Assembly: GCA_045542115.1 (NCBI GenBank)
Contig: JAZQKK010000033.1
Span: forward strand, 488-64,487
DNA length: 64,000 nucleotides
Direction of reading: 5' to 3'
DNA from: Eubacteriales bacterium
Lineage (GTDB): Bacteria > Bacillota > Clostridia > Oscillospirales > UBA644
Positions 21,508-31,384 of this stretch are shown here, piece by piece (positions within the stretch are counted from its first letter, which is position 1; each line of letters starts with the position of its first letter). The notes beneath the pieces were generated by a model that was not told where the DNA came from, searched no databases, and saw nothing but the letters and a program-made list of their open reading frames with translations. The position numbers were made by a program, and so were the translations under genes.

Positions 21508-22560
21508 TTGAACGGAACGACCATTAGAACCTTTCTGGGAGCAAACTCGGCAAAAGGATTTGCGTCGCTTTATCCTTCGTTTACCGAAAACAACCGCACT
21601 ATCATCATTAAGGGTGGGCCGGGAAGCGGAAAAAGCAGTATTATGAAAAGATTTGCAGCCAAGGCATTGAAAGAAAACTTCTTTGTAGAATATTGCTATT
21701 GCTCTTCCGATGCAGACTCCCTGGATGCAATCCGAATTCCGGAAAAATCTTTGTGCGTCGTCGATGGAACTGCACCCCACCTACTCGAACCACGATTTCC
21801 GGGCGCACACGATGAAATTTTCTACACAGGACAATTTTGGAATCGGGATACGTTAGAAAAATCATTCCCGGAAATTCAACAATTGACTCATCACATCAAA
21901 GGATGCTTCGCCCGAGCATACCGTTATCTTGCGGCCGCAGAAAAAACGGCAGATGATATCCGCGCTACGGCACTAAATAACGCACAAAAAGAAAAGCTTT
22001 GTAAATTTGCGCGGGATATGAGCAGGCGACTCATCCCCAGAAGAAACGGTTTCACCCTTTTGCGACCTCGATTTTTGAATTCTATCAGTCCCCAGGGATA
22101 CGTAATTGCCCGGGACACTGTTTATACCTTAGCGGAACGGGTTTTCGTTTTGGATGACCCCTATCGCATTTCCGATGTTTTTTTGGATGAACTAATGAAA
22201 AGCGCCGAAGACAGCGGCCAAGAAATCTATCTGTTTTACGACCCATTATGTCCGGATAAATTGCAGCATTTAGTCTTCCCTGAATGCGGGATTGCTTTTG
22301 TAACTGCAAACAAAACCTTCACATTTGAAGCGCAAAATGCATATAGAATTCATCTGGAACGCTTTTTAGATATCAATAATGATATTAAAAAAGTATGCCG
22401 CGTTGCCGAACAGCAAATTGATTTCTGTTACCAACAAGCGCTGTGTTCTTTGAAAAAAGAAAAAGCATACCACGACGATTTGGAAGAGTTTTATATTGAG
22501 GCAATGGATTTCAAAGGATTAAACAATTACGTTACTAAATTTATGAAGCAATTTTTCTGA
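21508..22560 (+). CDS. PRK06851-like P-loop ATPase
   Basis: FLGANSAKGF, KGGPGSGKS, CSSDADSLD, DGTAPH; start uncertain (TTG after GGGAGG). Confidence 0.7.
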   Translation: MNGTTIRTFLGANSAKGFASLYPSFTENNRTIIIKGGPGSGKSSIMKRFAAKALKENFFVEYCYCSSDADSLDAIRIPEKSLCVVDGTAPHLLEPRFPGAHDEIFYTGQFWNRDTLEKSFPEIQQLTHHIKGCFARAYRYLAAAEKTADDIRATALNNAQKEKLCKFARDMSRRLIPRRNGFTLLRPRFLNSISPQGYVIARDTVYTLAERVFVLDDPYRISDVFLDELMKSAEDSGQEIYLFYDPLCPDKLQHLVFPECGIAFVTANKTFTFEAQNAYRIHLERFLDINNDIKKVCRVAEQQIDFCYQQALCSLKKEKAYHDDLEEFYIEAMDFKGLNNYVTKFMKQFF

Positions 22561-22563
22561 CAT

Positions 22564-22597
22564 AAAAAACGCCGGCAGAGACTTTCTGTCGGCGTTT
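22564..22597. terminator. Intrinsic terminator between convergent genes
   Basis: AAACGCCGGCAGA-GACTT-TCTGTCGGCGTTT. Confidence 0.75.
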
Positions 22598-22602
22598 CAG
22601 CG

Positions 22603-23118
22603 TTAAAATCGTGTTCGGTATTGATATTGATTTCTTTTCCTTTTCTTGAACAGTTCCGGAAATTCTCGTTTTAATTTAAGATAATATACCGAAAACACTC
22701 CGGCCCAAATCAAAAAAATAAGGTGTTCTGCTAAAAGAAAGTACATCTGCCATCCGTTTGCGGAATTTATTATATCCAAGACGATCCAAACACTGTCCGC
22801 AATCCACAATCCGCAAATTGCCCAAATACACACGGCTTTTCCATTGCGTCGAAACAGAACAAGCAAAGTCAAAATCGTCAATATGACAAAAGAACTAAGA
22901 TAAATAAAATACAACCATCGGGTCGCGGCTAAATAATTTTCCGATAACCAATCTTCATTATACTCAGAATAGAGAAAAACCCATTTAAAGTAATAAACAC
23001 CAAAAAACGGCGGAAGATAATTCTGTGTAATCTGCCATATCAGCGTCATTACAAACGTAGATAGCAACGGATACGTGGATAAAAGCGAAAACAATTGTAA
23101 TTTTTGTTTTTGGGTCAT
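22603..23118 (-). CDS. Hypothetical membrane protein
   Basis: About four hydrophobic segments, GGAG RBS. Confidence 0.65.
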   Translation of the reverse strand: MTQKQKLQLFSLLSTYPLLSTFVMTLIWQITQNYLPPFFGVYYFKWVFLYSEYNEDWLSENYLAATRWLYFIYLSSFVILTILTLLVLFRRNGKAVCIWAICGLWIADSVWIVLDIINSANGWQMYFLLAEHLIFLIWAGVFSVYYLKLKREFPELFKKRKRNQYQYRTRF

Positions 23119-23131
23119 AATTTACTCCATT

Positions 23132-24283
23132 TTATTTCATTTCATTCTGCAAAAATGCCGTGAGTATCTTAGCACGCAAGGGAATGGATGAAACTTCAAT
23201 GTATTCTTTATTCGTATGGCAAAATCTTCCCACGCCACCCATTCCGCAAATCGACGGAACACCTGCCGCCTGGGTATAACAAGAATCCGAGCCGCCCCCA
23301 GATTCCACAGGGGTCAGACTGCCCAAATCATAATCCTTACAAACCTTTAACAACTTTTCAAACAACGCCAACGTTTCCGCATTTTTCACCATCGGGGGGC
23401 GTCTTGATTCAAACACGACCGAAGACTCCGTCCCTCTTACAAAACTTGTATTTACGATTTGTTTCACCGTTTCTTCGGCAGTCTCCATATCCTCGGGTCG
23501 CGGAACACGAACGTCAACCGACAACGTACAAGTATCCGGTATTACGTTAAAAGCAGAACCGCCTTCTACAATATTACAACTGTACGTAACACCGCCCACT
23601 TGACTTTTTTCTTGGAGCGCAACAATCTTATAGGCAGCCTCTTGAATCGGATTGCTGCACTGAAAATAGTGAATTCCGGAATGGCCGGAAACTCCGTGAA
23701 TCTCCATCTGGCACCGATAGACTCCCTTCCGAGAGATAACGACCTCATCGCTTTCCGTCGTTTCACAATTGATGGCATAGGGAAATCCCTTGGATTTATC
23801 CTCAAAAAAACGCATTTCCGCAGGGCCGCCCAAACGATTGGAAACCTCTTCGTCGGAAGTTAAAAGCAAGCGAATCTGTTTGGAATATCCACTGTCTTTC
23901 AAAGCTTTCATTGCCAACAATGCGATGGCAATTCCCCCTTTGCAATCAATCACCCCGGGAGCAATAATACGATCTTCCAAACACGTTACCGGGTTTGGAC
24001 CAAACAAACCGGGCTCGTGAACCGTATCGGTGTGACCCAAAAACAGACATCCCTTTTCCGAACCGGGATTCATATCAATCGTTAAAAAATCTCCGCAAGC
24101 ATCCATTGGAGTTCTCTCGACGACAAATCCTTGGGCAACCGCAAAATTTTCAATAAAATCCATCAATCGGTCGATGACCGCTTTATCCGTCGCTTGGGCT
24201 TCAAAGGAACAAATATCACACAAAAAATCGGTGAATTTTTCCACCTGTTCATCAACAATAGAAAATATTTCTCGAATCTCCAT
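23132..24283 (-). CDS. M20 family metallopeptidase/amidohydrolase (carboxypeptidase G2-like)
   Basis: GHTDTV, PGVIDCKGG, SDEE, GGGSD, HTNKE; start MEIRE after GGGGAG. Confidence 0.88.
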   Translation of the reverse strand: MEIREIFSIVDEQVEKFTDFLCDICSFEAQATDKAVIDRLMDFIENFAVAQGFVVERTPMDACGDFLTIDMNPGSEKGCLFLGHTDTVHEPGLFGPNPVTCLEDRIIAPGVIDCKGGIAIALLAMKALKDSGYSKQIRLLLTSDEEVSNRLGGPAEMRFFEDKSKGFPYAINCETTESDEVVISRKGVYRCQMEIHGVSGHSGIHYFQCSNPIQEAAYKIVALQEKSQVGGVTYSCNIVEGGSAFNVIPDTCTLSVDVRVPRPEDMETAEETVKQIVNTSFVRGTESSVVFESRRPPMVKNAETLALFEKLLKVCKDYDLGSLTPVESGGGSDSCYTQAAGVPSICGMGGVGRFCHTNKEYIEVSSIPLRAKILTAFLQNEMK

Positions 24284-24376
24284 CTTTTCTCCCCTTTTTT
24301 CAAGTATATCATACGTTGGTAAAAATGTCAAGACATTATCCACCCATCACGATTTGAATTCAAAGAAGAATTATAT

Positions 24377-24408
24377 ATGAAAGCAACAGGAATAGTTCGT
24401 AGAATCGA
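24377..24408 (+). pseudogene. Displaced 5' fragment of spoVT (copy 1, synonymous codon differences)
   Basis: ATGAAAGCAACAGGAATAGTTCGTAGAATCGA = MKATGIVRRI. Confidence 0.9.
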
Positions 24409-24424
24409 GGCTCGTGTTATAATT

Positions 24425-25219
24425 TTACTCCGCTTTTGTCATATAACAGTTCCGGTATTCTGTTGGTGACATCTGATAGTGCTTTTTGAACATTTTATTA
24501 AAATATATTGAGTCGCTGACGCCTACCTCTGCTGCTATTTGGTTAATGGACTTTGTCGTTCCTTGCAGTAGCTCTGCTGCTATGGACATCCGATAATTAT
24601 TAAGGAAACAAATCGGGGAAACGCCCATTTGTTTCTTAAAGACTGCAAACAAATGTGAAGTAGAAAGATGGGTTTTGTGTGCAATATCCTCGACCGATAT
24701 TTTTTCTCTGTAGTTATCTTTTATATAACGTAAGGCTTGCTCTATATATGGGGATGACGGCTGTTCTTTTTCATCTGCAACCAAAGAAAGAAGTTTGACT
24801 ATTTGATAATAATAAATAGATTCGTTAAAAGCATTATCTGTATCAAACAATCTGTCAAAAACCGAATTCATTTCTGCCTTGACTTCTTCCGGCAAAATTG
24901 TCGGAAAACTGAATTTTTCATCAAAATCATAAACATCGTTGATTTTGACTTTAATAAAAACCCAACGGCAGATCATACTTTTACTGGCGAGGTCTGTATT
25001 ATGTACAATGCGTTGGTATACGTTTGACGGGGCAATAAAAAAGCCGCCATTTCCTGTATTGTGCATCGCTCCGTTGTCAAGCTGAATGTCATACGACCCT
25101 TCAACTGCCTGCACAACTGATAAATATGGCAGCACCTTTGAGTGACAAGAACCGTCACACGTGGTAGAAGAAAAACCACTTTTATGGGCATATTCTATAT
25201 TGATTTTTCCAATATGCAT
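24425..25219 (-). CDS. AraC family transcriptional regulator
   Basis: C-terminal double HTH (LSTSHLFAVFKKQMG...YFNKMFKKHYQMSPTEYR). Confidence 0.92.
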   Translation of the reverse strand: MHIGKINIEYAHKSGFSSTTCDGSCHSKVLPYLSVVQAVEGSYDIQLDNGAMHNTGNGGFFIAPSNVYQRIVHNTDLASKSMICRWVFIKVKINDVYDFDEKFSFPTILPEEVKAEMNSVFDRLFDTDNAFNESIYYYQIVKLLSLVADEKEQPSSPYIEQALRYIKDNYREKISVEDIAHKTHLSTSHLFAVFKKQMGVSPICFLNNYRMSIAAELLQGTTKSINQIAAEVGVSDSIYFNKMFKKHYQMSPTEYRNCYMTKAE

Positions 25220-25310
25220 ATTCTCACCTCAATAGTATTATACCAAAAAATAGTATTATTGTCAATTGTTTATAATAGTTTTATTTGTTATAATTTAGTT
25301 GAGGTGATAG

Positions 25311-27446
25311 ATGATGGATTTTTTTGCAGTTAATGGAAAAAGACCGATAAGAATGAGTGAAGAAACAAGAAAATTTGCTTTTGATTCTTTAAATCATAAA
25401 TACGGCCTTGAAACCTGGAGTACGCCCGCTGTTTCAATGGACGATTATGAGGGGTTTGAGAATTTATCCCCACTTCAAAAATACGATGCGGCCATAGAGT
25501 GTATTGTAAAAACTGCACCTATTCGGATATGTGACGGAGAAAGAATCAGTGGTGCGGCAACTTTGGGACTTGCTATGACCCACCAAATCCCTGCTACATT
25601 TCATCGCGAACAAGGGATTTTCGGATCCATAAGTCATTTGACAATTGATTTTGAAACAGTAATCAAAAAAGGCATTAATCACATTCAAAAGCAAGCTGAA
25701 GAAAGCCTAAAAAACCACATAGGAACAGACAAAGAACCTTTTATACGGAGTTGTTTGCATTGCCTTGATTGTATGCGAATATGGCACGGGCGATATTTGA
25801 ACGCATTGCAAAACAAGCCTGGGTATCGTGCAAACTATGAGAATCTGCAACGTGTACCATTTGAACCGGCAAGAAATTTTTATGAAGCAGTACAAAGCAT
25901 TTGGTTCACTTTTGCGTTTGTTCGCCTTTGCGGAAATTGGACGGGAATTGGCAGAATTGACTGGCTTTTGGGCGACTATCTTGAAAATGATTTAACAAAC
26001 GGTGATTTGACCGTTGATGAGGCACGAGAAATATTGGCACACCTTTTTATTAAGGGTTGCGAATGGGTAAAAGGCGGCAACTATGGTTCCGGTGATGCTC
26101 AGCACTATCAGAATATCCTACTCGGTGGCGTTGATGAAAACGGTAACGGTGTCAACAATACAGTTACATACCTCGTGTTAGATATATTGGAAGAATTTGG
26201 AATAAGCGATTTCCCCACAACTGTACGTATCAACAAAAACACAGACGTCAAACTGTTAAATCGCATTTCAGAGGTTATACGATACGGTGGCGGTGTTATT
26301 GCCGTATATAACGAAGATTTGATTATAGAATCGCTTGTTGATTACGGATACGAACTTAGCGAGGCGAGAAAATTTGCCAATGACGGATGCTGGGAAATTC
26401 AAATACCTGGCAAAACATTTTTTACATATATCCCGTTTGATGCCTTGCAAATTTTGCAGCAAAACACGCTTGATAATTATAGCGGAAAGGTTAATTTTTC
26501 AGATTTTGATTCATTGTACAAAGTCTTTGTTAATGATTTAAAAAGCAAGGTTACAGACATTGTTGTTTCAAGAAATAAGAAATGTTTTATATATACCGCA
26601 GTGCCGAAAAAGGATTGGAAATGGAAACCGTCAACTCCGTGCACGGTAGTTTCTCTTTTTGAGCAGGGTTGCGTTGAAAATGGTCTCTCATACCTTGAAG
26701 GCGGACCGATTTATAATGTTGTTTCTCCCCATATCGGCGGCTTGCCGGATGTAGTTAACAATCTTTATGCAATTAAAAAGTTGGTATTCGATGAACAAAA
26801 AGTAACGTTTGAAGAACTTATGCAGTTGTTAAAAACCAATTGGGAAGATAACGAAGCACTTCGACAATATGCTCTTAATAAGTATCCTTATTTTGGAAAC
26901 GATAATGACGAAGTGGATAGCATTGCTAAAAATATCATAAGTGAATTCGCTGATATCTGCGACAATTTAGAAAGCGGATATAAAACCCCCGCAGGTGTCA
27001 GTACGTTTGGGCGACAATTAGAATGGTCCCGTCTGCGAATGGCAACCGCCTACGGCAAGAAAGCACACAACGTGTTAGCAGGAAACTTCTCGCCAACTCC
27101 CGGCACCGATAAAGAAGGGGCAACAGCTATTATCAAATCATATTGTAAGGTTGATCTAAAACAAACCGTATCGGGCGCAGCACTCGATATCAAATTGTTG
27201 CCGTCCTCTGTCAACGGTGAAAACGGCGTTGAGGCTATAAGTTCTTTGATTAAGGGTTTTGTTACACTTGGTGGGCATTTTATGCAGTTGGATATTGCCG
27301 ATACAGAGCTACTGAAAAAAGCACAAGAGCATCCGGAAGAATACCAAAATTTATCAGTGCGTGTGTCCGGTTGGAATGCTCGTTTTGTCACATTGAATCG
27401 GGAATGGCAGGATATGATTATCGCGCAGACAGGAAGTGAATTATGA
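25311..27446 (+). CDS. Glycyl radical enzyme (PFL-like family), function unknown
   Basis: GRIDWLL, Cys loop NDGCWE, Gly loop LSVRVSGWNARF. Confidence 0.92.
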   Translation: MMDFFAVNGKRPIRMSEETRKFAFDSLNHKYGLETWSTPAVSMDDYEGFENLSPLQKYDAAIECIVKTAPIRICDGERISGAATLGLAMTHQIPATFHREQGIFGSISHLTIDFETVIKKGINHIQKQAEESLKNHIGTDKEPFIRSCLHCLDCMRIWHGRYLNALQNKPGYRANYENLQRVPFEPARNFYEAVQSIWFTFAFVRLCGNWTGIGRIDWLLGDYLENDLTNGDLTVDEAREILAHLFIKGCEWVKGGNYGSGDAQHYQNILLGGVDENGNGVNNTVTYLVLDILEEFGISDFPTTVRINKNTDVKLLNRISEVIRYGGGVIAVYNEDLIIESLVDYGYELSEARKFANDGCWEIQIPGKTFFTYIPFDALQILQQNTLDNYSGKVNFSDFDSLYKVFVNDLKSKVTDIVVSRNKKCFIYTAVPKKDWKWKPSTPCTVVSLFEQGCVENGLSYLEGGPIYNVVSPHIGGLPDVVNNLYAIKKLVFDEQKVTFEELMQLLKTNWEDNEALRQYALNKYPYFGNDNDEVDSIAKNIISEFADICDNLESGYKTPAGVSTFGRQLEWSRLRMATAYGKKAHNVLAGNFSPTPGTDKEGATAIIKSYCKVDLKQTVSGAALDIKLLPSSVNGENGVEAISSLIKGFVTLGGHFMQLDIADTELLKKAQEHPEEYQNLSVRVSGWNARFVTLNREWQDMIIAQTGSEL

Positions 27447-28258
27447 TGCTTATCAGCGATATACAACGCTTTTGTATACACGACGGTCCCGGAATCAGAA
27501 CAACGGTGTTTTTCAAAGGCTGTCCGCTTCGCTGCGAGTGGTGTCACAATCCCGAAACGCAATGCCGTCAAAAAGAACTTTTGTTTTATAAAGAAAAGTG
27601 TATTGGGTGCGGAATTTGCGGAGTTTGTGATAACAAAACTTGTATTGTCTGCGGCGAGTGTGCCAAAAACTGTCCAACAGGTGCAAGAGAGGTTGCAGGA
27701 TATGAGTACACAGCACAAGAATTATACGACCAAATTCAAAGAGACATTGCTTTTTACGGTGAAAACGGTGGTGTCACCTTTTCGGGCGGCGAATGTATGA
27801 TGCAAATTGAACCATTGGCAGAAGTGCTTAAAATGTGCAAAGAAAAGGCTATACATACTGCTATTGACACCGCGGGCCACGTGCCGTTTGAGAATTTTCA
27901 AAAAATTCTGCCGTATACGGATATTTTTCTTTATGACATTAAAACCATTGATTCCGCAAAGCATAAACAATACACGGGTGTAGGGAATGAACAGATTTTA
28001 AACAACTTGAAAATGTTATTTAAAACCGGAATCACCATATGGATTCGCATTCCGATTATTCCTTCGGTTAATGATACGATAGAAGAAATGCAAAAAATAA
28101 AAGCTTTTTTGGATATGAGTGGTTCACCTGAAAAGATAGAATTGCTACCCTATCACCCAATGGGCGAGAGTAAAAATCAAGCACTTGGAAAATCTCAACG
28201 CACATTCAAAATTCCCGATCCCCCAAAAATGAAATTACTTAGAGAAATCTTCAAGTAA
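27443..28258 (+). CDS. Glycyl radical enzyme activating enzyme (radical SAM)
   Basis: HDGPGIRTTVFFKGCPLRCEWCHNPE, ferredoxin-like insert, GGVTFSGGE, ELLPYH. Confidence 0.95.
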   Translation: MMLISDIQRFCIHDGPGIRTTVFFKGCPLRCEWCHNPETQCRQKELLFYKEKCIGCGICGVCDNKTCIVCGECAKNCPTGAREVAGYEYTAQELYDQIQRDIAFYGENGGVTFSGGECMMQIEPLAEVLKMCKEKAIHTAIDTAGHVPFENFQKILPYTDIFLYDIKTIDSAKHKQYTGVGNEQILNNLKMLFKTGITIWIRIPIIPSVNDTIEEMQKIKAFLDMSGSPEKIELLPYHPMGESKNQALGKSQRTFKIPDPPKMKLLREIFK

Positions 28259-28264
28259 ACATAA

Positions 28265-28321
28265 GTATAAATCTCCTTGTTTTACACATAATAGTATCAC
28301 TATTACCAGAACAAGGAGATT
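28265..28321 (+). promoter_or_regulatory. Forespore sigma-G/F-type promoter plus RBS-pairing inverted repeat (cassette A right end)
   Basis: GTATA-17-CATAATA; AATCTCCTTGTT(28270-28281)/AACAAGGAGATT(28310-28321). Confidence 0.7.
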
Positions 28322-28330
28322 GATTTATAT

Positions 28331-28362
28331 ATGAAAGCAACAGGTATTGTACGTCGCATCGA
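28331..28362 (+). pseudogene. Displaced 5' fragment of spoVT (copy 2)
   Basis: 39-bp identity 28324-28362 with 35390-35428. Confidence 0.93.
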
Positions 28363-28462
28363 GGAATGTGTTATATTAGGACAAAAGTTGTCGAAACACA
28401 TAAACACTGGAGTTTTAGCAGTTTATGATTGGTCTTAATTTGCACAAAACAAATATTTACAT

Positions 28463-28496
28463 AGTAAAATCGAGGTGAATTCACCTCGATTTTACT
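28463..28496. terminator. Perfect 34-bp palindrome, probable terminator of araC
   Basis: AGTAAAATCGAGGTGAATTCACCTCGATTTTACT. Confidence 0.75.
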
Positions 28497-28502
28497 TATA
28501 GA

Positions 28503-29270
28503 TTAATAGGAATGTCTTGTCGGATCCGCAAGATATTCCCTGATGCATTTTCCTAGCTTTCTTTTAAATACTGTTCTGAAATAGCCTACATCTGTATAAC
28601 CGCAGCGGCAGCTAATTTCTTTTTGAGAAAAGTAACCTGTTTCTAAAAGTGATTTTGCGTACTGTATGCGTAGCGTTTCAAGATAGTCTTTGGGAGATGT
28701 GCCATATACCCGATTGAATTCCCGGCGATAGTAAGCAGGTGAAACACACGCCTGCATCGCCAAATTCTCTATTGAAAGTTCAGAGTTCCAAAAGTTTTGG
28801 CGCATATATTCGGCGGATTCTAAAATTCTGTTATCTTTTAAATTGGCGGTAAAACCAACATCGCGAGTAAGCTCGGATAAAATTTCATATACAACCGATG
28901 TGATGCGGTAGGTTGAACCGACATCATTTTCATATTTAATGGTTAATGCTTTTGTAAACAATACCTTGTATTTTTCAGCGTCAGGCACTTTATATACCTG
29001 AATTTCTTCCATTACGTAATTGAACATGTGAAAATGAATAACAAGGATATCCTCTTCCAAATTGTTTCGCTCATAAGCAACGCCTGCGGGAATGATGCAA
29101 ATACTTCCGGGCTCAAAGGAGATGGTTTTATTTTTGCATGTATATTTGCCCGGAGTTTTTAATCTTAATGTTATGGCAGAATAGGTGCGTGCCGATACAA
29201 AAACTTTTTCGCGTTTTTGATGATAGTTTAAAACATCGGTAACTGATATTGCAAGATTTTCGGGAAGCAT
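28503..29270 (-). CDS. AraC family transcriptional regulator
   Basis: Cupin-like N-terminus, VSPAYYRREFNRVYG...YFRTVFKRKLG HTH. Confidence 0.92.
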   Translation of the reverse strand: MLPENLAISVTDVLNYHQKREKVFVSARTYSAITLRLKTPGKYTCKNKTISFEPGSICIIPAGVAYERNNLEEDILVIHFHMFNYVMEEIQVYKVPDAEKYKVLFTKALTIKYENDVGSTYRITSVVYEILSELTRDVGFTANLKDNRILESAEYMRQNFWNSELSIENLAMQACVSPAYYRREFNRVYGTSPKDYLETLRIQYAKSLLETGYFSQKEISCRCGYTDVGYFRTVFKRKLGKCIREYLADPTRHSY

Positions 29271-29397
29271 TGTATCACCTCAAATGAATTATAACACTTA
29301 TTGTAGCGAAAGTCAAGTGTTTTATAGCGAAAAACGACTTGATTTATATCGAAATTTATATATAATTGAATTATAGTAATTTTTGAGGTGATAAAAA

Positions 29398-30735
29398 ATG
29401 AATTTTTGTTCTAACCCAACAGATTTAAAAATCACAGATATGCGTTTTGTCGATATCGACGGTGCGCCTAAAAGATGCACAATTCTGCGAATTGACACTA
29501 ACCAAGGCATAAGCGGTTTCGGTGAAGTTCGTGATGCATCTTCAAAGACTTATGCGCTTATGCTTAAAAGTCGTATTTTAGGTGAAAACCCTTGTAATGT
29601 AGATAAAATTTTTCGCAAGATTAAGCAGTTTGGCGGACCTTCACGTCAAGGCGGTGGTGTAAGCGGTATTGAAATTGCACTTTGGGATTTAGCAGGCAAG
29701 GCTTACGGAGTGCCTTTATATCAGTTGTTAGGCGGTAAGTTCCGTGATGAAATACGGGTTTATTGTGATACTGATGTTGACGGTAAGCATACAGGTCACG
29801 ATATGGGACTTGCCTTAAAGAAGAGAATGGATATGGGCTTTACATTCCTTAAAATGGATTTGGGTATTGGTCTTTTGCTGGATGAACCCGGAACACTTAA
29901 TGCACCCTTAGGCTTTATTGATGATATGAAGAAATATGCAAGTCATATTCTTAATGTTCAGGGCGGCAGTGTTACCGCAGATATGGTAAAGCATCAAAAG
30001 AGCTATTCTATTGTAACAACTGCACACCCTCATACCGGCATACACTTAACCGAAAAGGGTCTTGATTTCCTTGAAAACTATGTTAAAGAGGTAAGAGAAG
30101 TTATCGGCTACGAAGTGCCTTTAGCAATCGACCATTTCGGTCATATATGTGTTGAGGATTGTATCCGATTTGCTCGCAGAATGGAACCCTACAATCTTGC
30201 TTGGATTGAGGATATGGTGCCTTGGATGTATACCGACCAGTATGTAAGACTTAAAAATTCTACTACAATTCCTGTTTGCACAGGTGAGGATATTTATCTT
30301 AAAGAGGGATTTGAAACTCTTATTAAAGCAGGTGGTGTATCGGTAATTCACCCTGATATTTTAACTTGCGGCGGTGCTTTGGAGCTTAAGAAAATAGCTG
30401 ATATTGCCGATGAATACGGTGTTGCAACCGCAATACATATGGCAGAAAGTCCTGTTGCTTGTTTGGCGGCTGTTCACACTGCTGCAGCAATGCACAATGT
30501 TTTAGCACTTGAATTCCACTCGGTAGATGTTCCTTGGTGGGCAGATATGGTAACAGGAATTGAAAACCCGATATTTAAAGACGGATTCATAAAAGTTCCT
30601 GAAAAACCCGGTCTTGGTTTTGATGACCTTAATGAAGAAGTGTTAAGACAACACATCAATCCTAATATCCCCGGATATTTTGAGCCGACAGATGAATGGA
30701 ATAGGGAATTTTCAAACGATAGAATTTGGAGTTAG
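29398..30735 (+). CDS. Mandelate racemase/muconate lactonizing (enolase superfamily) enzyme, probable sugar-acid dehydratase
   Basis: SGIEIALWDLAGK, KMD, AIDH, WIED, TGED, HPD, LEFH. Confidence 0.88.
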   Translation: MNFCSNPTDLKITDMRFVDIDGAPKRCTILRIDTNQGISGFGEVRDASSKTYALMLKSRILGENPCNVDKIFRKIKQFGGPSRQGGGVSGIEIALWDLAGKAYGVPLYQLLGGKFRDEIRVYCDTDVDGKHTGHDMGLALKKRMDMGFTFLKMDLGIGLLLDEPGTLNAPLGFIDDMKKYASHILNVQGGSVTADMVKHQKSYSIVTTAHPHTGIHLTEKGLDFLENYVKEVREVIGYEVPLAIDHFGHICVEDCIRFARRMEPYNLAWIEDMVPWMYTDQYVRLKNSTTIPVCTGEDIYLKEGFETLIKAGGVSVIHPDILTCGGALELKKIADIADEYGVATAIHMAESPVACLAAVHTAAAMHNVLALEFHSVDVPWWADMVTGIENPIFKDGFIKVPEKPGLGFDDLNEEVLRQHINPNIPGYFEPTDEWNREFSNDRIWS

Positions 30736-30740
30736 TAGTA

Positions 30741-31379
30741 ATGTTTTGCGAGAAGAAATTTATTTCTAAAAAGCATTTAGGTGAACACTTAAATTTTTTG
30801 GAATATAATCCGTTTGATGATAAAAGCAAAAAACCATTGCTTATTTACATACATGGCGCTGGCAGTCGTGGTGATACTCTTTCAAAAATGGCTAATGTAG
30901 GACCTATAAAAGAGTTAAATGATGGCAGAAATATTGATGCGATAATCATTGCACCACAATGTCATAGCGATACATGGTTCGATTTGTTTTCTGTTTTAGC
31001 GGAATTTATAGAAGATTATAAAATCAGAGAAAACGTTGATGAAAGCAGAGTGTATATTACGGGTGTAAGTATGGGAGCCTACGCTACATGGCAAATGTGT
31101 ATATCTCATCCTGATTGGTTTGCTGCTGCGGTACCAGTTTGCGGTGGTGGAATGTATTGGAATGCTGCTCGACTCAAATATTTGCCAATATGGGCTTTTC
31201 ACGGTGCCTTAGATAATGTTGTATTTGCTGAAGAAAGCGTTGAAATGGTTTCCGCAATTAACAGCAATGGTGGAAATGCAAAACTAACAATTTTTTCTCA
31301 TGATAGTCATAATTCGTGGGATAATACATTTAGTAACGATGAGTTGTGGCAATGGTTGTTTGAACAAAAAAGGAGATAA
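30741..31379 (+). CDS. Alpha/beta hydrolase (esterase/peptidase-like)
   Basis: IHGAG, GVSMG nucleophile, FHGALD, HNSW. Confidence 0.85.
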   Translation: MFCEKKFISKKHLGEHLNFLEYNPFDDKSKKPLLIYIHGAGSRGDTLSKMANVGPIKELNDGRNIDAIIIAPQCHSDTWFDLFSVLAEFIEDYKIRENVDESRVYITGVSMGAYATWQMCISHPDWFAAAVPVCGGGMYWNAARLKYLPIWAFHGALDNVVFAEESVEMVSAINSNGGNAKLTIFSHDSHNSWDNTFSNDELWQWLFEQKRR

Positions 31380-31384
31380 GTTTT

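Larger units (their letters stand above)
24409..28362. mobile_element. Cassette A inserted in spoVT 5' end (AraC + glycyl radical enzyme + activase), no integrase
   Basis: Bounded by spoVT 5' copies 1 and 2; visibly AT-richer than flanks. Confidence 0.8.

Noticed and set aside
23132-24376. M20 peptidase as a third spoVT cassette
   Set aside because: No further spoVT 5' copy or cassette-end motif seen to its left, and composition resembles core
24394-24421. dif-like site (AGTTCGTAGAA resembles the Bacillus dif left arm)
   Set aside because: No matching XerD arm at 6-bp spacing, not kept in copies 2 and 3, and explained by spoVT codons
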